The notes beneath the pieces are model-generated. The model ran no database searches, was not told where the DNA came from, and worked only from the letters and a program-made list of their open reading frames with translations. A program made the translations under genes and the position numbers. DNA of 64,000 nt from Smithellaceae bacterium (GTDB taxonomy: Bacteria > Desulfobacterota > Syntrophia > Syntrophales > Smithellaceae): contig CAXXVL010000002.1 in the NCBI GenBank assembly GCA_963667845.2, positions 1,824,001-1,888,000 on the forward strand. Reading direction: 5' to 3'. This document shows positions 38,825-47,102 of the stretch, piece after piece. How positions within the stretch are numbered: position 1 is the stretch's first letter; each line of letters begins with the position of its first letter.

Positions 38825-40306
38825 TCAGTACCTGGAACTGAAAATATTAACTAAAAAATTAATCCTCCGAATAATCGGCACAAGCCAAGTTTCGGGCCAG
38901 AAAAACATTAAAATAAAATATATCAGTACTAAGACCATAATAACAATTTTTATCAGAGCTTCGATATCCTTGTCGGATAAGCCTTCTTTTGTGGGTTTCT
39001 TATCTTGAGCTGTAATTGGGGTGGGCGGTAAATGATCTTTTGCTTTATTAAGTGATTCCGGTTGAGTGATAAAGGTTTCTGGTATTTTATTATCCATTGA
39101 GATAAATTCTTCTGCTGGCAATTTTTCAACTTTTTCGTTTGGCCACTTACTCAAAAGACGCTCGACAGATTTAGCTTTCTCCGTTTTAAAACTTGGAGCT
39201 AACAAGAATAGCAAATCAAAAATATTTTTAATACCTTCTTTATCTATATCTTGAAAGAATTCAGTATTTGTATTGAGCACCTTAATTAAGCTACGTCCAA
39301 TGCCTGCAATTCCTTGTTTTGTTGGCCAGATATCAAGTTGCTTTGCCTGCGTTTTTAGTTGTTTTTCACATTGTTTCCCTTTAAGATAATTTTCTTCTTT
39401 TAGAATCCACTCAACCAAATTTCTATAATTTTGTGCCTCTTGATTAAACGCGGGTACCGTCTCTTTTTCAAGATTGCTATTTTGAAAAATATTCTGCGGG
39501 ATATTATCTATGCTGATTGTATTACCACTGGCCTTAATCATCATTGTTTCCATAGTATTAAGCAATTCCCGAACATTGCCCGGCCATGAGTAATCAACAA
39601 GGACATTAACCACCTTGCCTGGTATGGATATTGTCCGGCCCAGTTTTGTGTTGAACATGTCAACAAAGTACTCAATCAATAAAGGAATGTCTTCTTTCCT
39701 TTTTCTAAGGGATGGCATATGAATCGTAAAAACTTTAATCCTGTGATAAAGGTCATTCCTAAACCTTCCTGCCTTGATATCCTCTTCAAGATTACGATTC
39801 GTAGCCGTAAGCAAACGGACATCTACGCGAACAATTTCTGAACCGCCTACACGCTGAAATTCATGTGCCTGAAGGACCCGTAGCAATTGAACCTGCGCAC
39901 TCGGAGATAATTCCCCTACCTCGTCAAGAAACAGTGTTCCCCCATTTGCCTGTTCAAATTTTCCTTTCTTTTGGCCTATTGCACCAGTAAAAGCCCCCTT
40001 TTCATGACCGAAAAGCTCGCTTTCAATAAGTGTCTCTGTAATAGCTCCACAGTTAATTGCTATGAAAGGATTATCTCTCCGACTGCTATTATTGTGGATT
40101 GCACGAGCAATTAATTCCTTGCCTGTGCCCGACTCACCAGTGATCAGGACAGTCGTATTTTCTGTTTTGCTAACCTTATCTACTAATTCCAGGACATCGG
40201 TCATAACCTTTGAATTAGAAATGATTGTCGGGACAGAACTATGCGGGTTTAAATTCGTTATTTTCGAGTTGTTATTATTTTTATTTTCCACTTTTACGTC
40301 GGCCAT
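38825..40306 (-). CDS. Sigma54-dependent activator AAA+ domain with C-terminal membrane anchor
   Basis: [39 protein letters not shown]; no Fis-type HTH; TM segment near C-terminus; ATG 40306 has a GAGGT RBS (GTG 40396 is an alternative). Confidence 0.9.
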   Translation of the reverse strand: MADVKVENKNNNNSKITNLNPHSSVPTIISNSKVMTDVLELVDKVSKTENTTVLITGESGTGKELIARAIHNNSSRRDNPFIAINCGAITETLIESELFGHEKGAFTGAIGQKKGKFEQANGGTLFLDEVGELSPSAQVQLLRVLQAHEFQRVGGSEIVRVDVRLLTATNRNLEEDIKAGRFRNDLYHRIKVFTIHMPSLRKRKEDIPLLIEYFVDMFNTKLGRTISIPGKVVNVLVDYSWPGNVRELLNTMETMMIKASGNTISIDNIPQNIFQNSNLEKETVPAFNQEAQNYRNLVEWILKEENYLKGKQCEKQLKTQAKQLDIWPTKQGIAGIGRSLIKVLNTNTEFFQDIDKEGIKNIFDLLFLLAPSFKTEKAKSVERLLSKWPNEKVEKLPAEEFISMDNKIPETFITQPESLNKAKDHLPPTPITAQDKKPTKEGLSDKDIEALIKIVIMVLVLIYFILMFFWPETWLVPIIRRINFLVNIFSSRY

Positions 40307-40416
40307 ATTATTAAACCTCGTTTTTTTACTTTTATCATAATGCTCATTTCTGTCTACAATTTTATGATCTATCCTTAAATCTTCGTCCCCCGGCACGCTT
40401 CAATATATCTTAAAAA

Positions 40417-40448
40417 TGCCCCAGAGTTACCCCAGAACATCTGGGGCA
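40417..40448. promoter_or_regulatory. Candidate enhancer (UAS): CCCCAGA repeats
   Basis: TGCCCCAGA (40417-40425), CCCCAGA (40430-40436), inverted TCTGGGGCA (40440-40448), ~90-120 bp upstream of the -24 box. Confidence 0.5.
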
Positions 40449-40498
40449 ATAATTGTCTTTATCTACACTCATAAGCAATTAAATTAATATTAATATAA

Positions 40499-40511
40499 AA
40501 TCAATATGTTA
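40499..40511 (+). promoter_or_regulatory. IHF binding site
   Basis: AATCAATATGTTA matches WATCAANNNNTTR with an upstream AT tract. Confidence 0.65.
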
Positions 40512-40537
40512 CAATTTAGATTTAATTTATTTTCGTA

Positions 40538-40552
40538 TGGCACAGACATTGC
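40538..40552 (+). promoter_or_regulatory. Sigma54 -24/-12 promoter
   Basis: TGGCAC-AGACA-TTGC is an exact consensus match. Confidence 0.8.
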
Positions 40553-40659
40553 CATTGTTGAAAGCAGATTATTAATCTGCAAAATGTTGTTGCAGAATTA
40601 ATGGACGCCCCTTCTATTTTAAAGAAAGCAGAAAAAAGAAGAGGGATAAGTCTGAACGA

Positions 40660-40880
40660 TGCTCCTTGACAACAGAATACCGGAGCCAAAAACTGAGAGC
40701 CGTGTGGGCATAGGGCGGCAGCGAGTAGCCCGAGATCGAAAACCGCTCAGTGAATGGTAACGGTGGTGAGATAATGACCAGCCGGAAATCGGTCATAAAC
40801 ACAGAGAAAGCAAACTTCTACGCATCGTATGGATGGGATGAAACAGGGTTCCCTGCACTGCAGGGTTATTGAAATAGCGA
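40660..40880 (+). ncRNA. Candidate structured leader RNA with boxA-like motif
   Basis: TGCTCCTTGACAAC boxA-like; GC-richer non-coding stretch with stems CTGAG/CTCAG, GGGC/GCCC, ATGACC/GGTCAT, CCCTGCA/TGCAGGG. Confidence 0.4.
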
Positions 40881-40918
40881 TGAAAGTAAACAATTAAACA
40901 AAAGGAAGGAGTCCTGTC

Positions 40919-40996
40919 ATGATTAAACATAGATACATACATCAAGCTAAGCTTCTTCCTTGGCTTGATATATTCAATAATAATGATTTCAAATGA
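40919..40996 (+). CDS. 25-aa leader peptide coupled to the excisionase gene
   Basis: RBS AGGAAGGAG; MIKHRYIHQAKLLPWLDIFNNNDFK*; ATGA overlap with 40993. Confidence 0.45.
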   Translation: MIKHRYIHQAKLLPWLDIFNNNDFK

Positions 40997-41364
40997 TAAA
41001 TACTGAACTTGCCCAAAATTACGGATGCTGTATTACCGCTACAGAATTGGCAGAATTTCTCCACCTTGACCGCCGCACAGTGATAAAGTATGCTAGTCGT
41101 TGGGGTGGTGTGGAAGTCACACCCAATACATGGCGGTTCTTTGAAAACAGAATAATGGAGGTTCTCAATGCCGAGCAAGGTTTTGAAAAGAGGCATATCA
41201 CGATACAGAGCCAGTGTAACGGTAAAAGGAATAACGAGACAAAGGATATTTCAGGACAATTCACAAAAGTCGAAAAGGGAAGCTTATCTTTGGGAAGAGG
41301 AAACAAGAAAAAGCTTGGAGAAAGAGCTGTCACAGATAAATACGGGATTTTTGACAATTGGTGA
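40993..41364 (+). CDS. Excisionase-like HTH protein
   Basis: ITATELAEFLHLDRRTVIKY...WRF; directly upstream of and overlapping the integrase. Confidence 0.75.
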   Translation: MINTELAQNYGCCITATELAEFLHLDRRTVIKYASRWGGVEVTPNTWRFFENRIMEVLNAEQGFEKRHITIQSQCNGKRNNETKDISGQFTKVEKGSLSLGRGNKKKLGERAVTDKYGIFDNW

Positions 41365-42289
41365 TTGGGTAAATCAATATTTGGAAGACGCTGAACAGCG
41401 TTTTGCTAAAGTTACCTTTGATGAGAAGAAAGCAGTATTCATAAGATTTTTCAAGAACACTGGACTTCAAAAGAATTCGCCGATTGAAAACATGACCTTG
41501 ACAATTTGTCGAAATTTTCTCCTTAAACAAAAGGTGGAGCGTTCCGGATACGCGGCAAACAAGGATCGAAAAAATCTGAGGACTGCCTGCACATGGGGTC
41601 TGGATTTAGAGGGATGGCCAGAAGGATTTAACCCCTTTCTTTCCACCAAAAAATATCCAGAAAAACGCAAACCGAGGTATGTTCCCACAGAGGATGATTT
41701 TTGGAAAGCCTTTAACTTGACCACGGGGCAGGACAGAGTCATGTTGCTTGCGTATCTTAACTTAGGAGCAAGACGTAGCGAGGTTTTTCATCTAAAGTGG
41801 TCCGACGTGGATTTCAGCGGCAATTGGATTCGTCTTTGGACCCGAAAACGTGAGGGTGGAAATGAGGAATGTGATAGTTTACCGATGACGCCGGAGCTTC
41901 GAAGCTCCTTATTGAAATGGCGAGAAGAACGGTTGGCTCAGTCGACGACTGACAATGACCATGTTTTTCTTTGTCTCGATAAGTTTTCTTTTTGCGGAGA
42001 ATATTATGGGAAACCGTTCAAACATCGCCAGCATTTTATGAAAAAGCTGTGCAATAGGGCGAAGGTTAAACCTTTTGGATTCCATGCAATCCGACATTTG
42101 ACGGCATCAATTCTTTATAGAAAGGGAAATCCAGTATCAGTAATTCAGGCAATCCTGCGTCACAAGAATCCAAATACTACGACAAGGTATTTAAGGAAAC
42201 TTGGACTGGAAGATACTCGTAGTGCACTTGAAGAAGGATTGAAGATGCCGGCAAACGTGATTGAATTTCCAAAGGCAGAAAATGGTTAA
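41168..42289 (+). CDS. Tyrosine integrase of the island
   Basis: N-terminal arm-binding region; LGARRSE, TRKR, FHAIRH, ILRH, TTRY; adjacent to tRNA-Glu. Confidence 0.95.
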   Translation: MPSKVLKRGISRYRASVTVKGITRQRIFQDNSQKSKREAYLWEEETRKSLEKELSQINTGFLTIGDWVNQYLEDAEQRFAKVTFDEKKAVFIRFFKNTGLQKNSPIENMTLTICRNFLLKQKVERSGYAANKDRKNLRTACTWGLDLEGWPEGFNPFLSTKKYPEKRKPRYVPTEDDFWKAFNLTTGQDRVMLLAYLNLGARRSEVFHLKWSDVDFSGNWIRLWTRKREGGNEECDSLPMTPELRSSLLKWREERLAQSTTDNDHVFLCLDKFSFCGEYYGKPFKHRQHFMKKLCNRAKVKPFGFHAIRHLTASILYRKGNPVSVIQAILRHKNPNTTTRYLRKLGLEDTRSALEEGLKMPANVIEFPKAENG

Positions 42290-42325
42290 AAAAGACCTTT
42301 AGAAGGGCATTTCTGAAGGTCTTGT
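42289..42325 (+). terminator. Hairpin after integrase
   Basis: AAGACCTTTAGAA...TTCTGAAGGTCTT. Confidence 0.55.
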
Positions 42326-42344
42326 GTCCGGATCTTGTGTCCGG
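42320..42344. repeat. 12-bp direct repeat, candidate integrase arm-type sites
   Basis: TCTTGTGTCCGG at 42320-42331 and 42333-42344. Confidence 0.7.
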
Positions 42345-42388
42345 TCGGAAAAGGGGAGGGTTGTTGTTTGTAAACCCTCGTTATTATT

Positions 42389-42464
42389 TGGCGTCCCCAT
42401 GGGGAGTCGAACCCCAGTTACAGGCGTGAAAGGCCCGTGTCCTAGGCCTCTAGACGATGGGGAC
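42389..42464 (-). tRNA. tRNA-Glu (TTC)
   Basis: GTCCCCATCGTCTAGAGGCCTAGGACACGGGCCTTTCACGCCTGTAACTGGGGTTCGACTCCCCATGGGGACGCCA; cloverleaf with encoded CCA. Confidence 0.98.
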
Positions 42465-42554
42465 GTCTTTGGCCTGACGTTTAAGTAAGTTGCGCCTTAT
42501 ATATTTTTCAAACCGGAATGTCAAGCACCGCCTCATTCTTTTTTTGGATCGCAT

Positions 42555-44276
42555 ATGATGACGAAAGAAAAGGTTATCGAAATTCTCGAAGAGATTGCCG
42601 TACTCCTGGAATTGACCGGAGAAAACCCCTTCAAGTCCCGCGCCTATTCCACGGCAGCCCGAAACCTGGAGCGCGTGGAGGAGGATTTCGGCGAACTCGT
42701 GCGCGGGGAGAAACTTTATGAAATCGAGGGCATTGGCGAAGCCATCGGCAAGAAAATTACCGAACTCGTGCAGGCGGGCAAACTGGACTATTACGACAAG
42801 CTCAAGGCGTCCGTCCCGCCCGGGCATCTGGAAATGCTTAAAATCAGCGGACTTGGCCCCAAGAAGATTCATGCATTGTACAAGGAACTGGGAATTACAA
42901 CGATTGGCGAGCTGGAATATGCCTGCCATGAAAATCGCCTGGTGGACCTTAAAGGCTTCGGCAAGAAAACGCAGGACAATATCCTGGTCGGTATTGAAAA
43001 GCTCAAACGCTATTCGGAAAGGCGGCTGTACGATGAAGTAGCCGGTCATGCCGAAGCTCTGCTTGCCTTCTTAACGAAGGAGAAGGATGCCGAGGCTGTG
43101 AGCCTTGCCGGATCGCTCAGGCGCGGCAATGAGACGGTCAAAGATATCGATATCCTGGCATCGTCGGCACATCCGGAGCGACTCGCGCGGGCCTTTGCCG
43201 GGTATGGCGAGGTGGCTTCCGTCGTTGCCCTGGGCGACACGAAAGTCAGCATCACGCTTAAGGCAGGCATCAATGCCGACCTGCGCATTGTGACGGCGGG
43301 CGAATTCCCCTACGCCCTGCATCACTTCACCGGCAGCCGGGAGCACAACGTGGCTATGCGCGGCCGTGCCAAGGATCTGGGCCTGAAGATGAACGAGTAT
43401 GGCCTCTTTCGGGGCGATAAAAATATCGTCTGTCATTCGGAAGAAGAGCTGTTTACCGCACTGGGCCTTCAGTTTATCGAGCCGGAACTTCGGGAAAATA
43501 TGGGTGAGATTGAAGCGGCCGAAAAAGGCGAGTTGCCCCGATTGCTGGAGATGAAGGATATCCGGGGTGTTTTCCATGTGCACACGAATTTCAGCGACGG
43601 CGCGGACAGTCTCGAAAAAATGGTTGTCGCCGTCAAAAAAATGGGACTTCAGTATATCGGCGTCAGCGATCACAGCCGTTCGGCTTTCTATGCGGGCGGA
43701 TTGAATGTCGACCAGATCATCAAACAGCATGCCGCGATCGACGGGCTGAATGAAAAGCACGCCCCGTTTTATATCTTCAAGGGGATTGAATCGGACATCG
43801 GTGCCGACGGCAGTCTCGATTATGATGAGGATACCCTGGCCCGGTTTGATTTTGTGATTGCGTCGGTGCATTCCGGCTTCAACATGCCTAAAGCGGAAAT
43901 GACCCGTCGCATTAAGACGGCGCTCACCAATCCCCATACGACCATGCTGGCGCATCCGACGGGCCGACTGCTTCTGTCGCGCGAACCCTATGCCGTCGAT
44001 ATCCAGGAAATTATCGATACGGCGGCAAAGCACGCCAAGGCCCTCGAGCTCAACGCCTATCCGCAGAGACTGGATCTCGACTGGCGCAACTGCATCCATG
44101 CCGTAAAGAAAGGCGTGAAGATTGCGATCAATCCCGATGCGCATTCGGTTGACGGACTGCGCCATATTGCCCTGGGTGTAAAAATCGCCCGCAAGGGCTG
44201 GCTCACCAAAGAGGATTGTCTGAATTGCCTCACCCTCAAGCAAGTGAAGGCGTATCTGTCGCACAAACAGGCGTGA
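42555..44276 (+). CDS. polX: DNA polymerase X with PHP 3'-5' exonuclease domain
   Basis: ENPFKSRAY, GLGPKK, GSLRR...DIDIL, HFTGSREHN, HVHTNFSDG, SDHS, NPDAH. Confidence 0.96.
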   Translation: MMTKEKVIEILEEIAVLLELTGENPFKSRAYSTAARNLERVEEDFGELVRGEKLYEIEGIGEAIGKKITELVQAGKLDYYDKLKASVPPGHLEMLKISGLGPKKIHALYKELGITTIGELEYACHENRLVDLKGFGKKTQDNILVGIEKLKRYSERRLYDEVAGHAEALLAFLTKEKDAEAVSLAGSLRRGNETVKDIDILASSAHPERLARAFAGYGEVASVVALGDTKVSITLKAGINADLRIVTAGEFPYALHHFTGSREHNVAMRGRAKDLGLKMNEYGLFRGDKNIVCHSEEELFTALGLQFIEPELRENMGEIEAAEKGELPRLLEMKDIRGVFHVHTNFSDGADSLEKMVVAVKKMGLQYIGVSDHSRSAFYAGGLNVDQIIKQHAAIDGLNEKHAPFYIFKGIESDIGADGSLDYDEDTLARFDFVIASVHSGFNMPKAEMTRRIKTALTNPHTTMLAHPTGRLLLSREPYAVDIQEIIDTAAKHAKALELNAYPQRLDLDWRNCIHAVKKGVKIAINPDAHSVDGLRHIALGVKIARKGWLTKEDCLNCLTLKQVKAYLSHKQA

Positions 44277-44414
44277 TCCCGGAAGACAAACCGCACCGGA
44301 TGTTCAAAAATGCTGTTGCCGAAAGACTCCCCGCCTGTTGTTTCGGACGATCCCTTTAAAAAAAGGCCGACGTGGTTACATTAAAAGAAAAGGAACTTCA
44401 AAAGGAGGTTATCC

Positions 44415-45014
44415 ATGAATATCGCCGATTTCCGAGAACCGGAGCAATGTGACGTTGATCCCCTGTTTGTGAGGCGTTGGTCACCCCGGGCGATGTCCGG
44501 CGAGGATATTCCGGAGGAAACGCTCAAAACTCTTTTTGAAGCGGCCCGCTGGGCTCCCTCCTCCAACAATAATCAACCCTGGCGCTTTATTTATGCGCAC
44601 CGGAAGTCGCCAGACTGGGACAGGATTTTTGGCCTCATGACCGTCGAAAACCAGGCATGGGCGAAGAATGCCGGCGTGCTGATCGTCGTCATTTCCAAAA
44701 CCACCTTCGATTCCGGCAAGCCCGCCCGGACGCACACATTCGATGCCGGCGCCGCCTGGATGAGTTTTGCCCTGCAGGGATCGCTCATGGATCTGGTCGT
44801 TCACGGGATGCAGGGATTTGATTATGACAAGGCGAAGGAAGTTTTGCACGTGCCTGCCGACTACGAGGTGGAAGCGATGATTGCCGTCGGGAAACACGGC
44901 CCCAAAGACGTTCTGCCTGATTATCAACAGGAGCGTGAATTTCCGAAATCGCGAAAGAGTCTTGCCGACATTGCGATGGAGGGAGTGTTCAGACCGACAT
45001 CCGGCGCCGGTTGA
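44415..45014 (+). CDS. Nitroreductase family protein
   Basis: RRWSPRAM, AARWAPSSNNNQPWRF, HGMQGFD. Confidence 0.95.
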   Translation: MNIADFREPEQCDVDPLFVRRWSPRAMSGEDIPEETLKTLFEAARWAPSSNNNQPWRFIYAHRKSPDWDRIFGLMTVENQAWAKNAGVLIVVISKTTFDSGKPARTHTFDAGAAWMSFALQGSLMDLVVHGMQGFDYDKAKEVLHVPADYEVEAMIAVGKHGPKDVLPDYQQEREFPKSRKSLADIAMEGVFRPTSGAG

Positions 45015-45193
45015 ACAAGCATAGCAGTAATGAACGAACTTGCTTTAATTGGCACTGTTGACGGCGGGCCCTGTTTCCGCCCGACTTTGAAACCGAGGGT
45101 ATGCCGCTCTATGGAGTTCCCGTCCGCACTCATGCTCTCCAGGCGGGCGGGCAATTCTATTTCTAAATATCCGCAGGCCTTTGCTTTGCCGTT

Positions 45194-46039
45194 TTAAAAA
45201 TTGACGACCGCCGTAAGCGGCACCGGCGGATAGATCTGTCCGTGGTTGGGCGGCATCGAATTGTAAACCCAGTCGATATCCAGCTTGCCCAGTCTGATCC
45301 CCCGGCAGCGGGCGTAACCTTTAAATATCCCGCGCACCAGAATATCCTCCATCTGCATCGTCAGGCCGAAAACAGCTATCGTCATTCCGGATTCCAGCTC
45401 TTTGAGATCAGCGGAAAATGCACCCGGATGAAAGACCAGACGGTTGTCGCCCGCGGCCTGACACTGGATGACCGGAACGACAGCGGGGTATCCGTCTTTG
45501 GCGATGTAAGATAGAAATTTCAGGGCATCGAGCCTGTTCAGGAGCGATTCCCCGAAATGCGTCAGGACCCGCCCGGCTGCGCTTTTGGCGGCGCCGCCCC
45601 TGGCCATCCTGGTGAGAATCGCCGAACGGGCAATGCCGGCAAGCGGGAGCGAGGCACCCTCCGATGTCTCCTGAAGGTCCAGGTAATGGACGGTGTTTAT
45701 TCCGAAATACGTATTGTAGCGGAACATGGGCTGCTGATTATACACTTCATACTCCGGGCCTTCTTTTTTAAAATGCGTCCACAGAGCTTTCCCCCGCCAG
45801 AGTTTCTTATCAAGCGTGAGGATGGCGAAACCGGTTTTTTTTGTCTCGCGCATATACTCCTTGCTGAGGCCCTTGCAGAATTCACCGATGGTCAGCTGCG
45901 CGGGTGACGGCGCCATGACCGACGTCAGAAGCGATACATGCGGCAAACCCGCAGGCGTCACGGTGGCGATAATGCCGATTTTTTCCGAGGGTTCAAAGGC
46001 TTTCCTGTCCGATTCGGAAAAAACATTCCTGCCGATCAT
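45194..46039 (-). CDS. Tandem pyridoxamine-5'-phosphate-oxidase-like (split barrel) protein
   Basis: Two repeats: IIATVTPAGLPHVS and FLSYIAKDGYPAVVP; start MIGRN at 46039 after AAGGAA. Confidence 0.7.
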   Translation of the reverse strand: MIGRNVFSESDRKAFEPSEKIGIIATVTPAGLPHVSLLTSVMAPSPAQLTIGEFCKGLSKEYMRETKKTGFAILTLDKKLWRGKALWTHFKKEGPEYEVYNQQPMFRYNTYFGINTVHYLDLQETSEGASLPLAGIARSAILTRMARGGAAKSAAGRVLTHFGESLLNRLDALKFLSYIAKDGYPAVVPVIQCQAAGDNRLVFHPGAFSADLKELESGMTIAVFGLTMQMEDILVRGIFKGYARCRGIRLGKLDIDWVYNSMPPNHGQIYPPVPLTAVVNF

Positions 46040-46058
46040 AGGTATTTCCTTTCTGCTG

Positions 46059-47090
46059 TCAAAAGCAGCCGGGGATGGATATAGTACTGCCTCCCGTTTC
46101 ACCCGCCGGCTGGTTGTCTGAATGTTGTTTAAGCCTCGTCGATCCGCTCCAGGAGACGCGTGAGTGCGTAACCCGGCTTTGAGCGACCTGCGCCAATTCC
46201 TCCATCCGGGATTTTTCCGGAAGATCGCAACCGGCAAACGGCCAGTCTATGCCCAGCCGCTGATACTTGTCCCGGCACAGATTGTTAAACGCGCACAGTT
46301 CCCAGCGGTCAACCGCTCCTTCCAGCCGGGCCTCAATGAAATCGCCGATTCCTCCGATATTCCCGGCCGTGTCCGTGGCTCCGGGGATCACCGGCGTGCG
46401 TATCCACAGGGTTTGGGGACTCCGATGGGATCTTTTGTAGTGCGCGGCAAAGGCCGCATTGGCCAGAATTCTTTCATTGCCCGAACCGGTAAATAATTTG
46501 TGCTTTGCCGGATCGATTTCCTTGAGGTCATAAAGCAGGACATCGACATAAGGCAAAAGACCGGCTAATAGGGTTTCAGATACCTGACCGCAGGTGTCGA
46601 GCGCCGTCTGAATGCCTTTCTCTTTGAGTTCCATAAGAAGCGCAAGGCAGAAATCAGGCTGCAGGGCCGCCTCTCCGCCGGACAGCGTAACGCCGCCGCC
46701 GGACTCAGCGAAATAGACGCGGTCTTTGATGAGTTCGGAAGCCAGCTTATGGACGCTCCATTTTTTCCCCAAAAGCTCCATGGCCGTGGTCGGGCATTGG
46801 GCGGCGCACAGGCCGCAGCCGGTGCAGAGCGCCCGATCGATGGCAACGCCCCCGGAATTCCGGGCAAGCGCCTTTTCCGGGCACGTCTCGATGCAGATGC
46901 CGCAGCCGATGCAGCTCGACTTGATCCACTGAAGCTGCGGCTTCGGGCTGATGCTCTCCGGATTATGGCACCACGTGCACGAAAGCGGGCATCCCTTGAA
47001 AAACACGGTTGTCCGGATGCCGGGCCCGTCTTCGGTGGACATGCGGATGATCTCCAGAATGGTTCCCTCTTTCGTCTGACAGGGTGTCAT
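46059..47090 (-). CDS. Glycyl-radical enzyme activating enzyme (radical SAM with ferredoxin insert)
   Basis: DGPGIRTTVFFKGCPLSCTWCHNPE; two CxxCxxCxxxC motifs; GGVTLSGGE. Confidence 0.97.
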   Translation of the reverse strand: MTPCQTKEGTILEIIRMSTEDGPGIRTTVFFKGCPLSCTWCHNPESISPKPQLQWIKSSCIGCGICIETCPEKALARNSGGVAIDRALCTGCGLCAAQCPTTAMELLGKKWSVHKLASELIKDRVYFAESGGGVTLSGGEAALQPDFCLALLMELKEKGIQTALDTCGQVSETLLAGLLPYVDVLLYDLKEIDPAKHKLFTGSGNERILANAAFAAHYKRSHRSPQTLWIRTPVIPGATDTAGNIGGIGDFIEARLEGAVDRWELCAFNNLCRDKYQRLGIDWPFAGCDLPEKSRMEELAQVAQSRVTHSRVSWSGSTRLKQHSDNQPAGETGGSTISIPGCF

Positions 47091-47102
47091 GGTTTGCGCG
47101 CC

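Larger units (their letters stand above)
1..42388. mobile_element. Genomic island integrated at tRNA-Glu 3' end (left boundary outside window)
   Basis: Tyrosine integrase plus excisionase-like gene abut the tRNA-Glu 3' end; arm-type direct repeats at 42320-42344; AT-richer than the region beyond 42500; cargo of RM, TA, recombinases and an IS remnant. No second copy of the tRNA 3' end seen in the window. Confidence 0.8.

Noticed and set aside
40660..40880. Group II intron fragment
   Set aside because: No GUGYG start, domain V or reverse transcriptase recognisable
42450..44296. Long minus-strand ORFs (199 aa, 397 aa) opposite polX
   Set aside because: Antisense shadows of a GC-rich gene; one overlaps the tRNA; no motifs
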